64,000 nt of DNA from Macrostomum lignano (taxonomy: Eukaryota). The stretch is from contig NIVC01000438.1 of assembly GCA_002269645.1 (NCBI GenBank), positions 411,379 through 475,378 on the forward strand, written 5' to 3'. Both the position numbers and the translations under genes were made by a program. The notes beneath the pieces were generated by a model. It was not told the DNA's origin and searched no databases. It saw only the letters and a list, made by a program, of their open reading frames with translations. Positions 35,995-50,900 of this stretch are shown one piece after another. Within the stretch, counting starts at the first letter, position 1; each line of letters starts with the position of its first letter.

Positions 35995-38900
35995 TCAATT
36001 GCGGCTGGCTATGGCGAACTTTTGTCGCACTGTTCTGAACTGCATCGACTGGAACCAGAGAAACTCGCGGAAATCTTTCGGCGCCATGCGATTGTTGCCG
36101 TGAGCAACCTGCCACCAGGGCAGGGCTGCGCTGCTCCTCTGAGGTGGTTTAAAAGATAAGGAGTTTGCTTTTTATCACGAAACCGCATCCAAGATCCCCC
36201 AGTTGCTGGGCCAGCCTCCCAGATCCCCCAGTTGCTGGGCTACCAGCCTCCCAGATACCCCAGTTACTGGGCCACCAGCCTCCCAGATCCCCCAGTTGCT
36301 GGGCCAGCCTCCCAGATCCCCCATTTGCTAGGCTACCAGCCTCCCAGATCCCCCAGTTGCTGGGCCAGCCTCTCAGATCCTCAGTTGCTATGCCAGCCTC
36401 CCAGATCCTCAGTTGCTGGGCCAGCCTCCTAGATCCTCAGTTGCTGGGCTAGCCTCCCAGATCCTCAGTTGCTGGGCCAGCCTCCCAGATCCCCCATTTG
36501 CTAGGCTACCAGCCTCCCAGATCCTCCAGTTGCTGGGCCAGCCTCCCAGATCCTCAGTTGCTGGGCCAGCCTCCTAGATCCTCAAAAATTGCTGGACCAA
36601 CAGCCTCCCAGATCCTCAGTTGCTGGGCCACCAGCCTCCCATAGTGTCAGTTGCTGGGCCAGCCTCCCAGATCCTCAGTTGCTGGATTAGTTTCTCAGAT
36701 CCTTAGTTGCTGGGCCAGCCTCTTACAGACCCTCAGTTGCTGGGCCAGCCTCCCAAACGACCTAGATCTCAAGTTACTGAGCCACCTATCCACCTTCGAG
36801 CTCCCGAGGAGCAAGCAGAAACGCAATCGCACAGTCTCCGGCAACTACTGGTGGCATGGAGGAACTCACCTCATCAGCTCCGCCCAGTTCGGCTTTCTCA
36901 GCCTCCGATAGCAGGCTTCCCTGAGAACCTTTGGCCACTACAGTGGTCATAACCGTGTCACTCGTGATGTTGTACGAATAGTCTTCACTGGAAGCTGTTG
37001 CAGTCGCAGTAACAGCTGAAGCACCTCCGTTGACATCGTTGTGCCCTTGTGCAGCTGCGGCGCCCCCAACCGAGTCGGCAGTTGGGGACCTCCTAGACGT
37101 GCAGCATCTCCACAGCCTGGCGGGGGACGTCGCAATCCAGGCGATGGCCAGCAGAATCGGCGGCGTCGAGCTAATTTCTCCGCCGAACTCGGCCAGCAGC
37201 TGGGCCCGGAAACTTCTCCAGATGACGCGAGCTCGTTCGTCTTCTTTGCCAACTGTCAGGCTGAGCTTTGCGATGAGCACATTGATGAGCACTATGCTAA
37301 TGATGAGCAGATAGACGAACAGAACTGCTCGGGTATAGATTTTGTTGCCAAGCGGATGAGGGCAGTTTCTTTCTGACTCCTGACCAGAATTGGGCGGATC
37401 GCGCTGGCACTGGCGCAGCCAGTCCATGCCAAACTCGCCGAAATGGGCGAGCAGAGGGCGCTGGAACACCTCGGTGATGTAGGAGCCGGTTGATAGCATC
37501 TCCGATCGAGTTGGGTTCTCGTAGTTGTTGCCTGTTTTGGTTCAAGAATTCGAAGAATGCTTCTTGAAAGACGCAGGTTTGTTTCTATATTTGACAAGTG
37601 TAATGGGTGTCTTCTTACATTTTACTGGTTGAATGCACCTGTTACATTTTACAGGTGAATTCCTACATTTTACAGGTGAATTTCTACATTTTAAGGTGTA
37701 TTCCTGCATTTTACAGGTGTATTCCTACATTTTACAGGTGTATTCCCACATTTTGCAGGCGTATTCCTACATTTTACAGGTGTATTCCTACATTTTACAG
37801 GTGTATTCCTACATTTTACAGGTGTATTCCTACATTTTAAAGGTGTATTCCTGCATTTTACAGGTGTATTCCTACATTTTACAGGTGTATTCCTGCATTT
37901 TACAGGTGTATTCTACATTTTAAAGGTGTATTCCTGCATTTTACAGGTGTATTCCTACATTTTACAGGTGTATTCCTACATTTTACAGGTGTATTCCTAC
38001 ATTTTACAGGTGTATTCCTATATTTTACAGGTGTATTCCTACATTTTAGAGGTGTATTCCTACATTTTACAGGTGTATTCCTTTATTTTACAGGTGTATT
38101 CCTACATTTTAGAGGTGTACTCTTAAATTTTACAGGTGTATTCCTGCATTTTACAGGTGTATTCCTACATTTTAGAGGTGTACTCTTAAATTTTACAGGT
38201 GTATTCCTGCATTTTACAGGTGTATTCCTACATTTTACAGGTGTATAATTCAGATAGATCATCGCTTACCTTGCACGTAGGTGTGCCCGCTGGGAAACAG
38301 CAGGCACACAATCAATATACCAAACGATGCGAGAAAAAACGCATTGACAATCAGAAACGGAATGACGTCCATCATAATTGTCGTCTTAGTGATGCTGATG
38401 TAGAGGCCGAGACGTTCGAAATAACCAAGACTGGACAGCATCCGCATACAGTAGAAGATGAATGACACAGCTAAAAATAGCCTGGAGGATGCAGATGCGG
38501 TGTTGCTATGCTTCAGGTGAATACGCGTCATGCGCTTAGGAAGGTTGCTAATCTCAAAGCAGGGTTGCTAATCTGACTGTGATGTTGCTAATTGGTGTTT
38601 CTAATCTCAAGTTGCGGTTGGCGGTTGGTAATCAACAAAGTAGTTTTTACCTGGCAAAGTAGTACGACAAGCCGTTGGTGGTTTCTTTATACGATACGGT
38701 TGTAGCGTCCAGTACAATGATCCAAATTAATCCAATCAGTAGAAATGCCATGGCTGCAATGTCCACTAGGTTCCATCTGTAGGACAGGTACCAGGACAGT
38801 CGCTTGCAAAAGCTCATCGATTTATAACCCGGCACGAATTTTACGGATCGAACGTCCTGCAACTCTTGGACAGAGTAGGACAGGCCGCAGAACAGGAGTA

Positions 38901-41900
38901 GCAGCTTCAAAAACATCATTGCGCCGTGAGATCTCGGTTCTCCCACCTGAGGAATTAGCAGGTTGGTTTTCGAAAGTTTAGTATGTAATTTTGACCCGTA
39001 TTCAAGTCTGTTCCGTCATTGTATCTGTTTGTTCATCATGTCTGTTCGGTCATCGTGTCTGTTTGTTCATCGTGTCTGCTCGGTCATCGTGTCTGCTCGG
39101 TCATCGTGTCTGCTCGGTCATCGTGTCTGCTCGGTCATCGTGTCTGCTCGGTCATCGTGTCTGCTCGGTCATCGTGTCTGCTCGGTCATCGTGTCTGCTC
39201 GGTCATCGTGTCTGCTCGGTCATCGTGTCTGCTCGGTCATCGTGCCTGCTCGGTCATCGTGTCTGCTCGGTCATCGTGTCTGCTCGGTCATCGTGTCTGC
39301 TCGGTCATCGTGTCTGCTCGGTCATCGTGCCTGCTCGGTCATCGTGTCTGCTCGGTCATCGTGTCTGCTCGGTCATCGTGTCTGCTCGGTCATCGTGTCT
39401 GCTCGGTCATCGTGTCTGCTCGGTCATCGTGTCTGCTCGGTCATCGTGTCTGCTCGGTCATCGTGTCTGCTCGGTCATCGTGTCTACTCGGTCATCGTGT
39501 CTGCTCGGTCATCGTGTCTGCTCGGTCATCGTGTCTGCTCGGTCATCGTGTCTGCTCGGTCATCGTGTCTGCTCGGTCATCGTGTCTGCTCGGTCATCGT
39601 GTCTGCTCGGTCATCGTGTCTGCTCGGTCATCGTGTCTGCTCGGTCATCGTGTCTGCTCGGTCATCGTGTCTGCTCGGTCATCGTGTCTGCTCGGTCATC
39701 GTGTCTGCTCGGTCATCGTGTCTGCTCGGTCATCGTGTCTGCTCGGTCATCGTGTCTGCTCGGTCATCGTGTCTGCTCGGTCATCGTGTCTGCTCGGTCA
39801 TCGTGTCTGCTCGGTCATCGTGTCTGCTCGGTCATCGTGTCTGCTCGGTCATCGTATCCCTCAGAACCTCTTCTTCTTCAGTCCACCTCCCTGACCATTT
39901 ATTTCACCAAGTTAAGCCGGTAATTTCCTCACCTCGTACACGTAGAAGCCAAGCAGGCAGAGAAAGGCGGCATTGAAGAGCGCGCAAACAAGCATGCTGA
40001 CCTGCGGAGTGCAGCCATTTGGCAGACGTCGCCGCAGCCGGTCGCCACGTTCCGGCCAGAGGCTCGAGATGATTCGAACCGGGCCGGAGCTGCAACTCGG
40101 GCCTTCCAAGCGCCGGTCGCCGTGGCTGTCGCGGCACAGATGACAGCAGAAGGTTCGCGGGCTGGCCAGCAGCAGGTCGACGTAGTCTGTGGCGCAGGGC
40201 AGAGCCAGCAGCTCCGGCTCGTGCGTTAGCAGCATGAGGTCGAAAAGGCACCGACCGTCGCTGCCGTCGCTATCGCCGCGAATCACGTCCGGACAGAACA
40301 GGGGTCCCCTGCCTGCGCTGTCACCGCCGTGAAACCGACCGCCGAGATAGTTGAACACCAGGCCTTTGTGCGCCTCCGTGATGGCGCCCCTGTAGAGCCG
40401 CTGGAGCGCCGTGCAGAACACCTGCTTTGCCTGACTGTAGAGAGCCTTGAAAGAGTTTTTTGAGATTAGGCGAGCAGTTATGAATGAAACGTAACCAAGG
40501 CTTGAAACCAAATGGGTTTTCTTACAATTTAAAAGTGGTCCCCTGCGCTCAAATGGTGCCTCACCTCTGCCAGTTCAAACGGGAGTTCAACATCAACAGC
40601 GCTGCCCCGTCGTCTGGAACTGCTGCCAAGTAGCGCAGCTGCCTGACTCTCGTCTGACTGCTGCAGCAGGTCCGCCTGTCGCAGCCGCAGAGTCAGCATG
40701 ATGCCCAGGCAGGCTGGCAGCAGGTCGAACTGGCGAGCCGGCAGCAGCTCGCCCGCCAGCTGCCACTTCTTCCGCCGAAGTGCCAGGCCGAGGAGGCCGT
40801 CCAGACTCCCTGGACAAGTGAGATTCTCGCCCGGCAGAGTGAGTTTGAGTAGTTGGTGCGGCTGCGACTCCAGGGCCTGCAAGAAATGCAAGTTTTGTGT
40901 CTTCTGCGTCCTGTGTTCTCTTCTCTGTGTCTCCTGTGCTCTCTCCTCTGTGTCCTCTGCGTCCTGTGCTCTCTCCTCTGTGTCCTCTGTGTCCTCTGCG
41001 TCCTGTGTTCTCTTCTCTGTGTCTCCTGTGCTCTCTCCTCTGTGTCCTCTGCGTCCTGTGTTCTCTTCTCTGTGTCTCCTGTGCTCTCTCCTCTGTGTCT
41101 CCTGTGCTCTCTCCTCTGTGTCTCCTGTGCTCTCTCCTCTGTGTCTCCTGTGCTCTCTCCTCTGTGTCCTCTGCGTCCCCTGTGTCCTCTTCTCTGTGTC
41201 TCCTGTGCTCTCTCCTCTGTGTCTCCTGTGCTCTCTCCTCTGTGTCTCCTGTGCTCTCTCCTCTGTGTCTCCTGTGCTCTCTCCTCTGTGTCCTCTGCGT
41301 CCTCTGTGTCCTCTGCGTCCCCTGTGTCCTCTTCTCTGTGTCTCCTGTGCTCTCTCCTCTGTGTCCTCTGCGTCCTCTGTGTCCTCTTCTCTGTGTCCCC
41401 TGTGTCCTCTTCTCTGTGTCCCCTGTGCTCTCTCCTCTGTGTCCTCTGTGTCCTCTTCTCTGTGTCTCTTGTGCTCTCTCCTCTGTGTCCTCTGTGTCCT
41501 CTGCGTCCTGTGTTCTCTTCTCTGTGTCTCCTGTGCTCTCTCCTCTGTCTCCTGTGCTTTCTCCTCTGTGTCCTCTGCGTCCTCTGTGTCCTCTGCGTCC
41601 TCTGCGTCCTCTGTGTCCTCTTCTCTGTGTCTCCTGTGTTCTCTTCTCTGTGTCTCCTGTGCTCTCTCCTCTGTGTCCTCTGCGTCCTCTGTGTCCTCTT
41701 CTCTGTGTCCCCTGTGCTCTCTCCTCTGTGTCCTCTGTGTCCTCTTCTCTGTGTCTCTTGTGCTCTCTCCTCTGTCTCCTGTGCTTTCTCCTCTGTGTCC
41801 TCTGCGTCCTCTGTGTCCTCTGCGTCCTCTGCGTCCTCTGTGTCCTCTTCTCTGTGTCTCCTGTGTTCTCTTCTCTGTGTCTCCTGTGCTCTCTCCTCTG

Positions 41901-44900
41901 TGTCCTCTGCGTCCTCTGTGTCCTCTTCTCTGTGTCCCCTGTGCTCTCTCCTCTGTGTCCTCTGTGTCCTCTTCTCTGTGTCTCTTGTGCTCTCTCCTCT
42001 GTGTCCTCTGTGTCCTCTGCGTCCTATGTTCTCTTCTCTGTGTCTCCTGTGCTCTCTCCTCTGTGTCCTCTGTGTCCTCTTCTCTGTGTCTCCTGTGCTC
42101 TCTCCTCTGTGTCCTCTGCGTCCTCTGTGTCCTCTTCTCTGTGTCCCCTGTGCTCTCTCCTCTGTGTCCTCTGTGTCCTCTTCTCTGTGTCTCTTGTGCT
42201 CTCTCCTCTGTGTCCTCTGTGTCCTCTGCGTCCTGTGTTCTCTTCTCTGTGTCTCCTGTGCTCTCTCCTCTGTGTCTCCTGTGCTTTCTCCTCTGTGTCC
42301 TCTGCGTCCTCTGTGTCCTCTGCGTCCTCTGTGTCCTCTGCGTCCTCTGTGTCCTCTGGGTCCTCTGTGCCCTCTCCTGTGTCCTCTCCTCTGCGTCCAA
42401 TGTGTCCTCTGTGTCCTTTTTTCTGCGCCCTCCGCGCCCTCCGCGCCCTCTGCGCCCTCTGCGCCCTCTGCGCCCTCTGCGCCCTCTGCGTCCTTCATGT
42501 CCCCTCTCCTTTCTCTTCTCTCTTCCCTTTCATTTCTCCTCGCTTTGTGCTCTTTCTCCGTCCCAATGCCCGTTCCAAACAAATTGAGAAGTCGCGATTG
42601 TCCAGAACTTGTCCTGCGGAATCTTTACTGTCTCAAGCTCATTACAGACTCGTCTGTTGATGCAAGCGTCAAGAAATAATTCCATAAGAAAACTAGTTAT
42701 GTCAGTTTGCAATTTTTCACATGCAAAAAAGGATCAACGCCCAATCTCGATGCCCCTACTCGTCAGTAGTATGCAATCGCTAGTTTAAATTTTAATCAAC
42801 AATTTAATCAGCAAACCTGAAGCGCCAGGCCCAATCCCGAGCTGTCGTCCGAGCCGCTGCCGCGAATCAGACCCCGCAGCGGCGCTGCCGACCCGTCCCG
42901 GAGGGCCGCTTGAACGCAGCCGAGGACCGGGTCTCTGCTGGCGTCGTCGCTAAAAGCAGACGACGCTGTGGTTGCCAGGGCGGCCATGGACCACTGGAGG
43001 CGAAAGTTGGCCGCTTCAGTTTTGTCTGGATAGCGTTGGGTAGGGGAGAACGTTGTACGACTGAGACACCTGTCTGTTACACCTGTCTGAGACACCTGTC
43101 TGTGACACCTGTCTGTGACACCTGTCTGTGACACCTGTCTGAGACACCTGTCTGAGACACCTGTCTGTGACACCTGTCTGAGACACCTGTCTGTGACACC
43201 TGTCTGTGACACCTGTCTGTGACACCTGTCTGTGACACCTGTCTGTGACACCTGTCTGAGACACCTGTCTGTGACACCTGTCTGTGACACCTGTCTGAGA
43301 CACCTGTCTGTGACACCTGTCTGTGACACCTGTCTGTGACACCTGTCTGTGACACCTGTCTGTGACACCTGTCTGTGACACCTGTCTGTGACACCTGTCT
43401 GTGACACCTGTCTGTGACACCTGTCTGTGACACCTGTCTGTGATACCGGTCTGTGACACCTGTCTCTGATACCTGTCAGGGCACATGTCTCATAAAACTG
43501 TTTAGGATGCCTGGCTGTTGTGGAGACACCTGTCTGGGATTAAAAGATTTTCTAAGAAACCGTGACCAAGTCAAATATTTCTGAAGCACGAGCTGATAGA
43601 TAAGCCGATACATTAGCTGAGCTACCACGCCAACTCGCATTATAGAAGGTAGATTACCATTCTCCTGATCCGCAGCCACAAGGCAGTCTTTTGCTCGATC
43701 CAAAATGGTTAAAGCTACGGCCTCAGCATCAGAGCAGCTCATATCAGCTGATTCGGTGCAAATATTCGACCCAGTCTTCATGCAATCGGCAAAATTGTTA
43801 AACTGTTTATAGGTGACAAGCTGACGCTCTCTGATAGCCAAGTCCAGCGCAGACGGAGGCGGCGGAGGCTGGATCATTTCCTGCATCAGGTAGGCAACGT
43901 TGGACCATTTCCCAGTCTGACAGGCTGCGTGCATCGGCGTGTAGCCGAACTGGCAGTTGCCGCACAGCAGTTCTTTCCAAGTTTCCACGCCTAGCCAGCC
44001 AGTGACCACCGGCTCGACGGCTTCAAGACTACCGAAAGCTGCTAGACTGTGCCCGATGCTGGAGCCGCTGGCCGAGCGAAACAGCAGCTGGCAGTCGAGT
44101 TTGGGCCTGCCGAGTGTCCCAGCTTGGTGGCTCTGAGCGCTGAATACATGCAGGTAGGGGAGACAGAAGTTCATCACTAAATGGCGACACGTATTGCATG
44201 GCGACGGTCACAAACTGCACGATGAGGGGGTGGCACAATATAAACTTGAAGGGACACAAACTGTAATTTGGATTGTGACACAAACTGTAATTTGGATGGT
44301 GACACAAACTGTAATTTTGATGGTGACACAACTGTAATTTGGATGGTGACACAACTGTAGTTTGGATGGTGACACCAACTGTAGTTTGGATGGTGACACA
44401 AACTGTAGTTTGGATGGTGACACAACTGTAATTTGGATGGTGACACAAACTGTAGTTTGAATGGTGATACAAACTGTAGTTTAGATGGTGACACAAACTG
44501 TAGTTTGGATGGTGACACAACTGTAATTTGGATGGTGACACAACTGTAGTTTGGATGGTGACACAAACTGTAGTTTGAATGGTGATACAAACTGTAGTTT
44601 GGATGGTGACACAACTGTAATTTGGATGGTGACACAACTGTAATTTGGATGGTGACACAACTGTGGTTTGGATGGTGACACAAACTGTAGTTTGGATGGT
44701 GACACAACTGTAATTTGGATGGTGACACAACTGTAGTTTGGATGGTGACACAAACTGTAGTTTGAATGGTGATACAAACTGTAGTTTGGATGGTGACACA
44801 ACTGTAATTTGGATGGTGACACAAACTGTAGTTTGGATGGTGACACAACTGTAATTTGGATGGTGACACAAACTGTAATTTGGATGGTGACACAAACTGT

Positions 44901-47900
44901 AGTTTGGATGGTGACACAAACTGTAGTTTGGATGGTGACACAACTGTAATTTGGATGGTGACACAAACTGTAATTTGGATGGTGACACAACTGTAATTTG
45001 GATGGTGACACAACTGTAGTTTGGATGGTGAAACAAACTGTAATTTTGATGGTGACACAAACTGTAGTTTGGATGGTAACACAAACTGTAGTATAGATGG
45101 TGACACAAACTGTAATTTGGATGGTAACACAAACTGTAGTTTAGATGGTGAAACAAACTATAATTTGGATGGTGACACAACTGTAGTTTGGATGGTGACA
45201 CAAACTGTAATTTGGATGGTGACACAAACTGTAATTTGGATGGTAACACAAACTGTAGTATAGATGGTGACACAAACTGTAATTTGGATGGTAACACAAA
45301 CTGTAGTTTAGATGGTGAAACAAACTATAATTTGGATGGTGACACCAACTGTAATTTGGATGGTGAAACAAACTGTAGTTTGGATGGTGAAACAAACTGT
45401 AATTTGGATGGTGACACCAACTGTAATTTGGATGGTGAAACAAACTGTAGTTTGGATGGTGAAACAAACTGTAATTTTGATTGTGACACCAACTGTAATT
45501 TGGATGGTGACACAAACTGTAATTTGGATGATGACACCAACTGTAATTTGGATGATGACACCAACTGTAGTTTAGATGGTGACACAAACTGTAATTTGGA
45601 TGGTAACACAAACTGTAGTTTAGATGGTGACACCAACTGTAATTTGGATGGTGACACAAACTGTAATTTGGATGGTAACACAAACTGTAGTTTAGATGGT
45701 GACACCAACTGTAATTTGGATGGTAACACAAACTGTAGTTTAGATGGTGAAACAAACTATAATTTGGATGGTGACACCAACTGTAATTTGGATGGTGAAA
45801 CAAACTGTAGTTTGGATGGTGACACAAACTGTAATTTGGATGATGACACCAACTGTAATTTGATGGTGACACCAACTGTAATTTGATGGTGACACCAACT
45901 GTAATTTGATGGTGACACCAACTGTAATTTGGATGATGACACCAACTGTAATTTGGATGGTGACACAAACTGTAATTTGGATGGTGACACCAACTGTAAT
46001 TTGGATGATGACACCAACTGTAATTTGAATGGTGACACAACTGTAATTTGGATGGTGACACCAACTGTAATTTGGATGATGACACCAACTGTAATTTAGA
46101 TGATGACACCAACTGTAGTTTGGATGGTGACACAAACTGTAATTTGGATGGTAACACAAACTGTAGTTTAGATGGTGACACCAACTGTAATTTGGAAGGT
46201 GACACAAACTGTAATTTGGATGGTAACACAAACTGTAGTATAGATGGTGAAACAAACTGTAATTTGGATGGTAACACAAACTGTAGTTTAGATGGTGAAA
46301 CAAACTATAATTTGGATGGTGACACCAACTGTAATTTGGATGGTGAAACAAACTGTAGTTTGGATGGTGAAACAAACTGTAATTTGGATGGTGACACAAC
46401 TGTAATTTTGATGGTGACACCAACTGTAATTTGGATGATGACACCAACTGTAATTTAGATGATGACACCAACTGTAGTTTGGATGGTGAAACAAACTGTA
46501 ATTTGGATGGTAACACAAACTGTAGTTTAGATGGTGACACCAACTGTAATTTGGAAGGTGACACAAACTGTAATTTGGATGGTAACACAAACTGTAGTAT
46601 AGATGGTGAAACAAACTGTAATTTGGATGGTAACACAAACTGTAGTTTAGATGGTGAAACAAACTATAATTTGGATGGTGACACCAACTGTAATTTGGAT
46701 GGTGAAACAAACTGTAGTTTGGATGGTGAAACAAACTGTAATTTGGATGGTGACACAACTGTAATTTTGATGGTGACACCAACTGTAATTTGGATGATGA
46801 CACCAACTGTAATTTGGATGATGACACAAACTGTAATTTGGATGGTGACACCAACTGTAATTTGGATGATGACACCAACTGTAATTTGGATGGTGACACC
46901 AACTGTAGTTTGGATGATGACACCAACTGTAATTTGGATGATGACACCAACTGTAATTTGGATGATGACACCAACTGTAGTTTGGATGGTGACACCAACT
47001 GTAATTTTGATGGTGACACAAACTGTAGTATAGATGGTGACACCAACTGTAATTTTGATGGTAACACAAACTGTAGTATAGATGGTGACACAAACTGTAA
47101 TTTGGATGGTAACACAAACTGTAGTTTAGTTGGTGAAACAAACTATAATTTGGATGGTGACACCAACTGTAATTTGGATGGTGAAACAAACTGTAGTATG
47201 GATGGTGAAACAAACTGTAATTTGGATGGTGACACCAACTATAATTTGGATTGTGACACCAACTGTAATTTTGATGGTGACACCAACTGTAATTTGGATG
47301 ATGACACCAACTGTAATTTGGATGGTGACACAAACTGTAATTTGGATGGTGACACCAACTGTAGTTTGAATGGTGATACAAACTGTAGTTTAGATGATGA
47401 CACAAAATGTAGTTTGGATGGTGACACAACTGTAATTTGGATGGTGACACAACTGTAATTTGGATGGTGACATAACTGTAGTTTGGATGGTGACACAAAC
47501 TGTAGTTTGGATGGTGACACAACTGTAATTTGGATGGTGACACAACGGTAGTTTGGATGGTGACACAAACTGTAGTTTCAATGGTGATACAAACTGTAGT
47601 TTTGATGGTGACACAACTGTAATTTGGATGGTGACAAACTGTAGTTTGGATGGTGACACAACTGTAATTTGGATGGTGACACAAACTGTAATTTGGATGG
47701 TGACACAAACTGTAGTTTGGATGGTGACACAAACTGTAATTTGGATGGTGACACAAACTGTAGTTTGGATGGTGACACAAACTGTAGTTTGGATGGTGAC
47801 ACAAACTGTAATTTGGATGGTGACACAAACTGTAGTTTGGATGGTGACACCAACTGTAATTTGGATGGTGACACCAACTGTAATTTTGATGGTGACACAA

Positions 47901-50900
47901 ACTGTAGTTTGGATGGTGACACAAACTGTAATTTGGATGGTGAAACAAACTGTAATTTGGATGATGACACCAACTGTAATTTGGATGGTGACACCAACTG
48001 TAATTTGGATGGTGACACCAACTGTAATTTGGATGGTGAAACAAACTGTAGTTTGGATGGTGAAACAAACTGTAATTTGGATGATGACACCAACTGTAAT
48101 TTGGATAGTGACACAAACTGTAATTTGGATGGTGACACAAACTGTAATTTGGGTGGTGACACCAACTGTAATTTGGATGGTGAAACAAACTGTAGTTTGG
48201 ATGGTGAAACAAACTGTAATTTGGATGGTGACACCAACTGTAATTTGGATGGTGACACCAACTGTAATTTGGATGGTGAAACAAACTGTAATTTGAATGG
48301 TGACACCAACTGTAATTTTGATGGTAACACAAACTGTAGTATAGATGGTGACACAAACTGTAATTTGGATGGTAACACAAACTGTAGTTTAGTTGGTGAA
48401 ACAAACTATAATTTGGATGGTGACACCAACTGTAATTTGGATGGTGAAACAAACTGTAGTATGGATGGTGAAACAAACTGTAATTTGGATGGTGACACCA
48501 ACTATAATTTGGATTGTGACACCAACTGTAATTTTGATGGTGACACCAACTGTAATTTGGATGATGACACCAACTGTAATTTGGATGGTGACACAAACTG
48601 TAATTTGGATGGTGACACCAACTGTAGTTTGAATGGTGATACAAACTGTAGTTTAGATGATGACACAAAATGTAGTTTGGATGGTGACACAACTGTAATT
48701 TGGATGGTGACACAACTGTAATTTGGATGGTGACATAACTGTAGTTTGGATGGTGACACAAACTGTAGTTTGGATGGTGACACAACTGTAATTTGGATGG
48801 TGACACAACGGTAGTTTGGATGGTGAAACAAACTGTAGTTTGGATGGTGACACAAACTGTAATTTGGATGATGACACCAACTGTAATTTGATGGTGACAC
48901 CAACTGTAATTTGATGGTGACACCAACTGTAATTTGATGGTGACACCAACTGTAATTTGGATGATGACACCAACTGTAATTTGGATGGTGACACAAACTG
49001 TAATTTGGATGGTGACACCAACTGTAATTTGGATGATGACACCAACTGTAATTTGAATGGTGACACAACTGTAATTTGGATGGTGACACCAACTGTAATT
49101 TGGATGATGACACCAACTGTAATTTAGATGATGACACCAACTGTAGTTTGGATGGTGACACAAACTGTAATTTGGATGGTAACACAAACTGTAGTTTAGA
49201 TGGTGACACCAACTGTAATTTGGAAGGTGACACAAACTGTAATTTGGATGGTAACACAAACTGTAGTATAGATGGTGAAACAAACTGTAATTTGGATGGT
49301 AACACAAACTGTAGTTTAGATGGTGAAACAAACTATAATTTGGATGGTGACACCAACTGTAATTTGGATGGTGAAACAAACTGTAGTTTGGATGGTGAAA
49401 CAAACTGTAATTTGGATGGTGACACAACTGTAATTTTGATGGTGACACCAACTGTAATTTGGATGATGACACCAACTGTAATTTAGATGATGACACCAAC
49501 TGTAGTTTGGATGGTGAAACAAACTGTAATTTGGATGGTAACACAAACTGTAGTTTAGATGGTGACACCAACTGTAATTTGGAAGGTGACACAAACTGTA
49601 ATTTGGATGGTAACACAAACTGTAGTATAGATGGTGAAACAAACTGTAATTTGGATGGTAACACAAACTGTAGTTTAGATGGTGAAACAAACTATAATTT
49701 GGATGGTGACACCAACTGTAATTTGGATGGTGAAACAAACTGTAGTTTGGATGGTGAAACAAACTGTAATTTGGATGGTGACACAACTGTAATTTTGATG
49801 GTGACACCAACTGTAATTTGGATGATGACACCAACTGTAATTTGGATGATGACACAAACTGTAATTTGGATGGTGACACCAACTGTAATTTGGATGATGA
49901 CACCAACTGTAATTTGGATGGTGACACCAACTGTAGTTTGGATGATGACACCAACTGTAATTTGGATGATGACACCAACTGTAATTTGGATGATGACACC
50001 AACTGTAGTTTGGATGGTGACACCAACTGTAATTTTGATGGTGACACAAACTGTAGTATAGATGGTGACACCAACTGTAATTTTGATGGTAACACAAACT
50101 GTAGTATAGATGGTGACACAAACTGTAATTTGGATGGTAACACAAACTGTAGTTTAGTTGGTGAAACAAACTATAATTTGGATGGTGACACCAACTGTAA
50201 TTTGGATGGTGAAACAAACTGTAGTATGGATGGTGAAACAAACTGTAATTTGGATGGTGACACCAACTATAATTTGGATTGTGACACCAACTGTAATTTT
50301 GATGGTGACACCAACTGTAATTTGGATGATGACACCAACTGTAATTTGGATGGTGACACAAACTGTAATTTGGATGGTGACACCAACTGTAGTTTGAATG
50401 GTGATACAAACTGTAGTTTAGATGATGACACAAAATGTAGTTTGGATGGTGACACAACTGTAATTTGGATGGTGACACAACTGTAATTTGGATGGTGACA
50501 TAACTGTAGTTTGGATGGTGACACAAACTGTAGTTTGGATGGTGACACAACTGTAATTTGGATGGTGACACAACGGTAGTTTGGATGGTGACACAAACTG
50601 TAGTTTCAATGGTGATACAAACTGTAGTTTTGATGGTGACACAACTGTAATTTGGATGGTGACAAACTGTAGTTTGGATGGTGACACAACTGTAATTTGG
50701 ATGGTGACACAAACTGTAATTTGGATGGTGACACAAACTGTAGTTTGGATGGTGACACAAACTGTAATTTGGATGGTGACACAAACTGTAGTTTGGATGG
50801 TGACACAAACTGTAGTTTGGATGGTGACACAAACTGTAATTTGGATGGTGACACAAACTGTAGTTTGGATGGTGACACCAACTGTAATTTGGATGGTGAC

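Noticed and set aside
36786-36869. ORF-track C-terminus of the TRP channel (VSSSMPP...ELEGG stop)
   Set aside because: A perfect donor GAG|GTGAGT at 36870 and a phase-0 terminal exon at 36138-35995 explain the sequence better.
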